From the NCBI GenBank assembly GCA_964516055.1, contig CAZEYK010000003.1, positions 1-45,174 of the forward strand: a DNA stretch of 45,174 nt, written 5' to 3'. The position numbers and the translations under genes are program-made. This document shows, piece by piece, positions 38,132 to 45,174 of the stretch. Position 1 is the stretch's first letter. Each line of letters starts with the position of its first letter. The notes below the pieces were generated by a model, which saw only the letters and a program-made list of their open reading frames with translations, was not told where the DNA came from and did not search any database. The DNA is from an uncultured Gammaproteobacteria bacterium. GTDB taxonomy: Bacteria > Patescibacteriota > Patescibacteriia > Magasanikbacterales > UBA922.

Positions 38132-38165
38132 AGGCCGGCTTCGCAACTTCGCGAGGCCGGCTTTT
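38132..38165 (+). terminator. Intrinsic terminator after ppnP
   Basis: GCCGGCTTCGC / GCGAGGCCGGC followed by TTTT. Confidence 0.8.
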
Positions 38166-38323
38166 CACTTTTTTGAGAGAAAAAATTGTAAAAAAATGTA
38201 TCAATTAGGAGGATGTATCTTCTTATTTTTTTATGATACAAAAAAGGGCATTGAGTTTGCCGTTGACGGCGAGCGTGTTTTTCCTTACGATAGGGGAAGA
38301 TTATTTATTGTTTCTATTTTTAT

Positions 38324-39847
38324 ATGATTCGTTTTTCTCTTGCACAAGATGCACAAGAAGTGGATGCGATTATTCTTCCACTGTTTGAAGATAAGAAGCC
38401 TGACGTTGTTGCCGACCAGATAGATGAAGTGTTTGAAGGGTTACTCAATGATGTTGTTCGTTTGGAAGATTTTGAAGGAAAAAAAGGACAAACAGCATTG
38501 TTGTATACAAAAGATGCCACTACGCCACGGGTGTTTTTGGTTGGGTTGGGAAAACAAAAAGAATTAACTGTTCGTGGGTGGAAGCAGGCCATTGGTACGG
38601 CAGTTGTGGCTTTGCAAGGGAAGAAAGCAGCGGCTTGTTCGTTGCTTATTCCACAAGTTGTTGTTCATTCTTTTGGGGTAAAAAAGGTTGCCACGGAAAT
38701 AGGCATTGCGATGGAAATGGCGCAGTATTCTTTTGATACGTTCAAAGAAGAAGCAGCAAAAGTTTCTGCATTGATGCATGTACACATAATTTGTTCATTA
38801 GATGCAAAACAGAAAAAAGTTTGGGAACAAGGCATGGAAGAAGGACAACATATTGCCAGCGGGGTATTGTTTACTCGTGAACTTGGTAATACACCCCCAA
38901 GCGTGATGACGCCGGCCTTGCTTGCAAAAAAAGCAGTGGAATTAGCAAAGGGGAATTCCGCATTTACTACTACTGTCTTTGATGAGGCACAGATGAAAAA
39001 ATTAGGAATGGGATGTTTGCTTGGAGTAGCGCAAGGATCGGTGCTTGAACCAAAGTTTATTGTCATGGAATATAAAGGGACGGAAAAAAAAGTAAAACCT
39101 ACGGTGCTTGTTGGGAAAGGAATTACGTTTGATACGGGCGGACTTTCTATTAAGCCAGGAAATTATATGACAGATATGAAGTTTGATATGCTTGGTGCAG
39201 GAACCGTTCTTGGTATTATGAAAGCGGTTATGCAGTTGGGATTAAAGAAACATATTGTTGGTATCGTTCCAACGTGTGAAAATGCTGTGAGCGGCGAGGC
39301 CTATCGTCCAGATGACATCTTAACCGCAATGAATGGAAAAACCGTTGAGGTGCAAAATACTGACGCCGAAGGACGATTGATTCTTGCTGATGCATTGAGT
39401 TATGTTGTAAAAGAATATGCGCATGCAAAAGAAGTCATTGATTTTGCAACACTTACTGGTGCCTGCGTTGTTGCTCTTGGTAATGAACGGTCAGGGTTAT
39501 TTTCTCCCGATGATGGATTGGCACAAAAATTGTATGATCATGCACAAGCTGTTGGAGAACATTTGTGGCGACTTCCTGTGGGGGAAGAGTATAGTGATGC
39601 TATAAAAAGTCTTGTTGCTGATGTGAAAAATGTGGGAGGTGTTGGTGGAGATCGCTATGCGGGTGCTTCTACTGCTGCCGCCTTTTTGCAATATTTTACC
39701 AAAGATCATGAATCAGGGGAGACGCCATTTCCATGGGCACATATTGATTTGTCTTGTTCATATTATAGTGGCAAGGGACAAGCGTGGATTCGTCATGGTG
39801 CAAATGGGTTTGGTGTGCAAGCAATTGTTGATTATTTGCGTGGGTAG
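38324..39847 (+). CDS. pepA: Leucyl aminopeptidase (M17)
   Basis: VGKGITFDTGG, MKFDM, NTDAEGRL, ATLTGA. Confidence 0.95.
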   Translation: MIRFSLAQDAQEVDAIILPLFEDKKPDVVADQIDEVFEGLLNDVVRLEDFEGKKGQTALLYTKDATTPRVFLVGLGKQKELTVRGWKQAIGTAVVALQGKKAAACSLLIPQVVVHSFGVKKVATEIGIAMEMAQYSFDTFKEEAAKVSALMHVHIICSLDAKQKKVWEQGMEEGQHIASGVLFTRELGNTPPSVMTPALLAKKAVELAKGNSAFTTTVFDEAQMKKLGMGCLLGVAQGSVLEPKFIVMEYKGTEKKVKPTVLVGKGITFDTGGLSIKPGNYMTDMKFDMLGAGTVLGIMKAVMQLGLKKHIVGIVPTCENAVSGEAYRPDDILTAMNGKTVEVQNTDAEGRLILADALSYVVKEYAHAKEVIDFATLTGACVVALGNERSGLFSPDDGLAQKLYDHAQAVGEHLWRLPVGEEYSDAIKSLVADVKNVGGVGGDRYAGASTAAAFLQYFTKDHESGETPFPWAHIDLSCSYYSGKGQAWIRHGANGFGVQAIVDYLRG

Positions 39848-39904
39848 AGATGGGGTTACTGCTTAGCGTCTAAGCCTAAGAAGTACAATATAAAACGTAT
39901 TTGT

Positions 39905-40486
39905 ATGATTTCATTGTTGGCGGGAAAAATTGTTTTAAAAACAAATGATGCTGTGGTGCTGCTTACGTCAGGTGGTGTTGGGTATGAGGTGAGAGTTTCT
40001 TCTTCTTTTTTGGGAATATTGATTGTTGATCAAGAAGTGCATATGTATACGTATCTTCGGGTGACGGATAGTGATTTGTCTTTATTTGGGTTTCGGTCTG
40101 TTGATGAACGATCTTTTTTTGAGTTGTTGCTGAGTGTTTCTGGGGTTGGTCCGAAGAGTGCTATGAATGTATTGAATTTGGGTTCTATTGGTGATATTCA
40201 ATCAGCTATTGCCAGAAGTGATGTAAAATATTTAACTGCGGTGCAAGGAATGGGAAAGAAGACTGCTGAACGTGTTGTGCTTGAATTACGATCAAAGATG
40301 GGAGCCTCACCAATGGTTTCTGAAGAACAACCCTCTGGACAAGTTTTGAGTGATGTTATTGATGGACTTATTGCCATGGGGTATGAAAAACAAGATGCAA
40401 TTGCGACTGCAAGGCATTTAGTTGTTGGAGAAAAAACGGCGGAAGTATTGCTTAGAGAAGCACTGGGTATGATGAGTAAACGATAA
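39905..40486 (+). CDS. ruvA: Holliday junction branch migration protein RuvA
   Basis: GGVGYEV, LFGF, VSGVGPKSA, GMGKKTAERVVLEL. Confidence 0.95.
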   Translation: MISLLAGKIVLKTNDAVVLLTSGGVGYEVRVSSSFLGILIVDQEVHMYTYLRVTDSDLSLFGFRSVDERSFFELLLSVSGVGPKSAMNVLNLGSIGDIQSAIARSDVKYLTAVQGMGKKTAERVVLELRSKMGASPMVSEEQPSGQVLSDVIDGLIAMGYEKQDAIATARHLVVGEKTAEVLLREALGMMSKR

Positions 40487-40508
40487 TTTGTTGTTGTATT
40501 ATAAAAAC

Positions 40509-40538
40509 AAAAATAACGGCATGAGCCGTTATTTTTTT
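40509..40538. terminator. Bidirectional terminator between ruvA and gyrA
   Basis: AAAAATAACGGC-atga-GCCGTTATTTTT. Confidence 0.8.
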
Positions 40539-40551
40539 GTATGTTATTTTT

Positions 40552-43041
40552 TTAGAGGAGAGCAATACTGACTACTTTATCTCCTGCGGCTTTGAAGCGC
40601 ATTACGCGTACTCCTTGTGTTGCGCGTCCGAGAGTTGAAATTGATTTGAGTGGGGTACGGATAACTTGTCCTTTTGCCGAAATCATCATGATGTCTTGCT
40701 CTTCTTCTTCCGTATTGATGATACGTGCGCTAACAATTTTACCTGTTTTGCTAGTAACCGCCATCGTTTTGATACCGCTTCCACCACGTCCTTGTACTTT
40801 GTATTCTCTGAGTTCTGTGCGTTTTCCTAATCCATTTTCAGAGATGACGAGTAATTCAATAACGCCTTTTTTTATGAGTTCGGTACTGATGACTTCCATG
40901 CCTATCACAACGTCGCTTGATTTGAGTTTCATGCCACGTACGCCACTTGCGGCTCTTCCCATTGCTCGTACGCCACTTTCTTTAAACCGAATAGCTTGTC
41001 CTTCTTTGGTAATAATCATGATTTCATCTTTTCCACTTGTTGGGCGAATCCATTCAAGGTAATCATCTTCTTTGAGTTTGATTGCAATGAGTCCGGATTG
41101 ACGAACATTTGTGAAATCTTCCAACTTTGTTTTTTTGATATTTCCTTTGCTGGTGACCATGACAAGATGTTTGTATTTACTCATGTCATCCGTTGAAAGA
41201 ATTGCCGATACTTTTTCATGTGATGAAAGTTGGAGGAAGTTTACGAGTGCTTGTCCTTTTGCCGTACGACTCCCTAAAGGAACATCATAGACGCGTAGTT
41301 GGAATACCCGTCCACGTGTTGTGAAGAAAAGAAGGTTGTCATGTGTATTTGTGGAAATGAGTTGTTCAACAGCATCTTCCGCTTTGGTAGATAATCCTTT
41401 GACGCCCTTTCCTCCGCGGTGTTGTGTTTTGAAGGTATCTTCTGGAAGGCGTTTAATGTATCCAGCTTGTGTTACCATGACGAGGGTTTGTTCATTTGGA
41501 ATGAGGTCTTCCATGTTGAACTGTTGAATGCCATGTGCCACAATTTTTGTTCGTCTTGGAATGGCAAATTTATTTCTGATGTACAGTACTTCTTCTTTTA
41601 TAATATTTTTTACTTTTGTTTCACTTGCAAGGATAGATTCTAACTCTTTGATAATAGCAAGTTTTTCTTTTAATTCTTCAATAATTTTTTGGCTTTCAAG
41701 GTTGGCAAGCTGCTGTAACCGCATTTCCAAAATTGCTTGCGCTTGGCGATCAGAAAATTTGAATTGTTTAATAAGGTTTTCTTTTGCTTGTTCTTTGTCT
41801 TTTGATTTTCGAATAAGAGCAATAATGGCATCTATTTTGTCTAAGGCCATTTTTAATCCTTCGAGGATGTGTGCTCGATCTTTGGCTTTTTCAAGATCAA
41901 ATTCAGTTCGACGTCTGATTACTTCTTTTCGATGTTTGAGGTATTCTTCTAAGACAGATTTGAGATTGAGTACTCGCGGTTGAATACCATCAACGAGGGC
42001 AATCATGTTTACGTGAAATTTTGTTTGGAGATTGGTGAGTTTGAATAATCGGTTGAGAATTTTCTTTGGGTAGGCATCTTTTTTGATTTCGATAACGATG
42101 CGTACGCCGTCTTTGTTTGATTCATCTCGAAGGTCTTTGATGCCTTCAATTTTTTTCTCTTGTACGAGTTCAGCAATTTTTTCAATGAGTTTTGCTTTGT
42201 TTGTTTGGTAGGCAACTTCAGTAATAAGAATTCTAAATCTATCTGGTTGAAATTCTTCAATTTCAGTTTTTGCTCGAAGACTAATTCCTCCACGACCCGT
42301 TGCATAGGTTGCGGTAATGTTTTCTTTATTATAAATAATTCCTCCGGTTGGAAAATCTGGACCTTTAATAAATTCAGTAAGTTCATCTATATTCGTTTTT
42401 GGGTTGGCAATGAGGTGCATGATTCCATCACAGAGTTCCCCGAGATTGTGTGGTGGAATGTTTGTTGCCATTCCTACTGCAATTCCCATGCTTCCGTTGA
42501 GGAGAAGATTTGGCAGTTTGCTAGGGAGTACACTTGGTTCTTTTTGTGAACCATCGTAGTTTGGGGTGAAGTTTACGGTTTCTTTTTCAATATCATTGAG
42601 CATTTCTTCTGCAATTGCTTGCAGTTTTGCTTCAGTGTATCTCATTGCTGCGGCACTATCTCCGTCCATTGACCCAAAGTTTCCTTGTCCAAATACAAGC
42701 GGATATCCCATAGAAAAATCTTGGGCCATTCTTACGAGTGAGTCGTAGATAGCTGCATCACCATGCGGGTGATATTTTCCCATTACATCTCCAACAACAC
42801 GAGCAGATTTGAGGAATTTTGATGTGTGTTTTAGTCCAAGTTTCCACATGGCGTAGAGAATTCTGCGGTGTACTGGTTTTAGTCCATCTCTAACATCGGG
42901 GAGTGCACGAGCGACAATAACACTCATGGCGTAATCGAGGTACGATTTTTTCATTTCGTCTACGAGCTCAATTGGTTCAACTTTTCCAATTGCTCCTATT
43001 TCTCGTTGTTCTGTTGATTCTGTTGTTGTCTTTTTTGGCAT
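40552..43041 (-). CDS. gyrA: DNA gyrase subunit A
   Basis: [13 protein letters not shown], GyrA-box QHRGGKG. Confidence 0.98.
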   Translation of the reverse strand: MPKKTTTESTEQREIGAIGKVEPIELVDEMKKSYLDYAMSVIVARALPDVRDGLKPVHRRILYAMWKLGLKHTSKFLKSARVVGDVMGKYHPHGDAAIYDSLVRMAQDFSMGYPLVFGQGNFGSMDGDSAAAMRYTEAKLQAIAEEMLNDIEKETVNFTPNYDGSQKEPSVLPSKLPNLLLNGSMGIAVGMATNIPPHNLGELCDGIMHLIANPKTNIDELTEFIKGPDFPTGGIIYNKENITATYATGRGGISLRAKTEIEEFQPDRFRILITEVAYQTNKAKLIEKIAELVQEKKIEGIKDLRDESNKDGVRIVIEIKKDAYPKKILNRLFKLTNLQTKFHVNMIALVDGIQPRVLNLKSVLEEYLKHRKEVIRRRTEFDLEKAKDRAHILEGLKMALDKIDAIIALIRKSKDKEQAKENLIKQFKFSDRQAQAILEMRLQQLANLESQKIIEELKEKLAIIKELESILASETKVKNIIKEEVLYIRNKFAIPRRTKIVAHGIQQFNMEDLIPNEQTLVMVTQAGYIKRLPEDTFKTQHRGGKGVKGLSTKAEDAVEQLISTNTHDNLLFFTTRGRVFQLRVYDVPLGSRTAKGQALVNFLQLSSHEKVSAILSTDDMSKYKHLVMVTSKGNIKKTKLEDFTNVRQSGLIAIKLKEDDYLEWIRPTSGKDEIMIITKEGQAIRFKESGVRAMGRAASGVRGMKLKSSDVVIGMEVISTELIKKGVIELLVISENGLGKRTELREYKVQGRGGSGIKTMAVTSKTGKIVSARIINTEEEEQDIMMISAKGQVIRTPLKSISTLGRATQGVRVMRFKAAGDKVVSIALL

Positions 43042-43126
43042 ATGTAAGTTCATGGTTCTGCGTTCATGGTTTAGAAAGAGTGCGTTACGGCTATTCTTTG
43101 TTGAAAACTATGAGCGTTCTTTGTAT

Positions 43127-43654
43127 TTAAAGTGTTGAGGTGCTGATTATTGTACTGGTATTTGTGGTTGTGTCAATTGTGGATGTTGTGCTGCTTGTTA
43201 TTTGTACGGCGTTTACTTTTTCGGCGTTTGAAATTGCGAGGACAAGATTTTGTAGTGTTGATTTTATGCCGTCTTCTGAATCAGTTTTATCTATGAGTTT
43301 GGTAAATTTGTCAGGTCCTTGTAATACGCTATTTTTTCCGGAAAGGATATCTTTGATTTGTTCTGATCCTTCGGCAATAAGTTGTTTTTCTGTGGATGGT
43401 GCCTGTAATACATTTTTTGCGAGTGACGATATATTGAGTGCCCATAATGCCGCTATAAGAACAACAATAATGGAAACGCCCACCCAGACAAGTTGTTTTT
43501 TTGTTCGTTGTGCTCGGTGGTACTGATCATTTATAAAATCATGTGGTGTTTTGGGGCGTGATGATCGTTTTTTTGTATTGGTAAATAACGACGGCAGGTT
43601 GTTGACTGCTTGCCGTATTTCTTGTTGAAGGTCGTGTTGAGAGCTCATAGCCAA
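43127..43654 (-). CDS. Single-TM hypothetical protein
   Basis: One TM helix, Thr-rich tail. Confidence 0.7.
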   Translation of the reverse strand: MAMSSQHDLQQEIRQAVNNLPSLFTNTKKRSSRPKTPHDFINDQYHRAQRTKKQLVWVGVSIIVVLIAALWALNISSLAKNVLQAPSTEKQLIAEGSEQIKDILSGKNSVLQGPDKFTKLIDKTDSEDGIKSTLQNLVLAISNAEKVNAVQITSSTTSTIDTTTNTSTIISTSTL

Positions 43655-43695
43655 TAGTTCATGGCCATGTTGGGTACATGGCTAATAGATAAATA

Positions 43696-44310
43696 TTATT
43701 CTTTGGCAAGAACAATAATTTGGGTATCTTCTTGGGGAAGATCTTTTTTTCGTAGGATTACCTTCTTTTCTGGTTCATCAGCTTTGAGTCCTATTGCTTT
43801 GAGAAAGGTAGACACATCTGCTGCTGTTGGTTCGTTGTCGCTTTTGAATCCAAGTGGAATAATTATTCGCGGTTCAATACTATTTACCGTTTTTACAGCT
43901 TGGTCAGCATCGTAGCCTTCGCCTCCTCCAACGGGAAGACATAAAATATCAACGCCATTTACTATATCGAGTTGCTCATTGGTAAGTTGTTTATTCGTTA
44001 TGCCAAGGTGGGCAATACTCATATTTTCGCTATCGATTCGGATAATTATTTTTTCTGGATCGTGCCCAAGTGCTGCGGTAATAAGCACTCCTTTTGTTTC
44101 AATTTCTCCTGGAGAATTAAAGATAAAGGGTTCTCCTGAAAGCGTGAAGGTTTCTTTTTTGGTGTCAGAAATAATGGCAATATTTGGGGCAAGGCTTCTT
44201 GGTGTGGTTCCTGTTTCTTGTTTGTAGGGGTCGATAATGATGGTTATGTCTTGTTCACCAGGTTTTGTCTGGATTTTAAGAGCAGTCGATCCGAGCCAGG
44301 TAATATGCAT
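43696..44310 (-). CDS. MBL-fold (Lactamase_B_3-like) protein
   Basis: ITWLG, IIDPY, PGEIE, AHLG, VDILCLPVGG, IEPRIIIP. Confidence 0.8.
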   Translation of the reverse strand: MHITWLGSTALKIQTKPGEQDITIIIDPYKQETGTTPRSLAPNIAIISDTKKETFTLSGEPFIFNSPGEIETKGVLITAALGHDPEKIIIRIDSENMSIAHLGITNKQLTNEQLDIVNGVDILCLPVGGGEGYDADQAVKTVNSIEPRIIIPLGFKSDNEPTAADVSTFLKAIGLKADEPEKKVILRKKDLPQEDTQIIVLAKE

Positions 44311-44679
44311 ATCAACAATTTACAGTTAATTATTAACAATTAACAGCTCCTAAATTCATGTGAGGAGCAATTATGTATCATGAGTGAACGTTTTTGCATG
44401 ACTAGTATACGGGATTTGTCATTTTTGGGCAAGAGTGGCTGGTATTTTTTTTGATGAGATAGATGAGGATAACATGGTACTTCTCAGTGTGTTTTATACA
44501 TAAATTTTGTTTATTTTTAGCAAAAAAAATTGGTTGCCCCTATTTTTTAGCTGGTATTTTGGGGGTCTTGCTTTTTTGTTTACGGTATGGTACATTAATC
44601 CAGCTTTATTTATCCCCGTTGGGGACCTGAATTTTGAGGGTAATCGTCTCCTCGTTTGGGTAATGTATTAATTTTTAAT

Positions 44680-45174
44680 ATGCAACAAGACGAAAAACAA
44701 ACAAGTGCATTTGGAAAACTCCTCAAGGATTATTTTTCAAAATTGCCAAAAGTAGGAGAATTAGTAAAAGGGAAGGTTATTTCTATTGACAAAGGTGCTG
44801 TGCGCATTGATGTTGATGGTGTCCTTACTGGTATTGTTCGTGGTCCTGAACTTTTTACCGCTTCTAACGAATATTCAAATATTAAAGTAGGGGATGATGT
44901 AGAAGCTACGGTTATCGAACAAGAAAATGAAACAGGTGAAATGGAATTGTCATTTCTTGCTGCAGGATACCTTCGTGTTTGGGAGAGAATGTCTGAATAT
45001 TCAAAAGATGGTACCATTATTTCTGCAAAAGTATTAAAAGCAAATAAAGGTGGATTGATGATGCAAGTTGATGCACTTACTGGATTTATGCCTGTATCTC
45101 AACTTAGTCCTGATCACTATCCACGTGTTCCTGGTGGAGACAAAAATCGTATTTTAGAAGTATTAAAAGGATAT
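44680..45174 (+). CDS. rpsA: 30S ribosomal protein S1 (partial, runs off window)
   Basis: Translated by hand from ATG 44680: PKVGELVKGKVISI..., IKVGDDVEATV, KVLKANKGGL, GFMPVSQL S1 repeats. Confidence 0.88.
   Translation, partial: MQQDEKQTSAFGKLLKDYFSKLPKVGELVKGKVISIDKGAVRIDVDGVLTGIVRGPELFTASNEYSNIKVGDDVEATVIEQENETGEMELSFLAAGYLRVWERMSEYSKDGTIISAKVLKANKGGLMMQVDALTGFMPVSQLSPDHYPRVPGGDKNRILEVLKGY

Overview
AT-rich chromosome segment of a probable Patescibacteria (CPR) bacterium. Evidence for that placement: tandem VirB2/TrbC-like pilins, TrmB regulators, a DUF5667 protein and mostly SD-less leaders. Housekeeping content includes ileS behind a T-box, gyrA, ruvA, pepA, rpe, rpiB, trxB, a Xer recombinase, partial rpsA, tRNA-His and tRNA-Arg. 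The standout is a ~9 kb region (5.1-14.1 kb) between two TrmB genes. It holds same-strand, very GC-rich, Shine-Dalgarno-led ORFs: a Csx3/Crn3-like ring nuclease, its P-loop partner, a polynucleotide-kinase-like P-loop protein and a DEAH helicase. Each of these four is followed by a heavily structured 3' region ending in the same ~80-nt two-hairpin element: a covarying stem with an invariant TAGCACTC loop, then an 18-21 bp stem with consensus CTT-N7-TAAT...ATTG-N7-AAG. Two candidate ncRNAs lie upstream. I do not recognise the element as any known family; its function (RNA processing/export tag or ssDNA cassette site) is inference only. All family assignments come from motif recognition by eye, not database searches.
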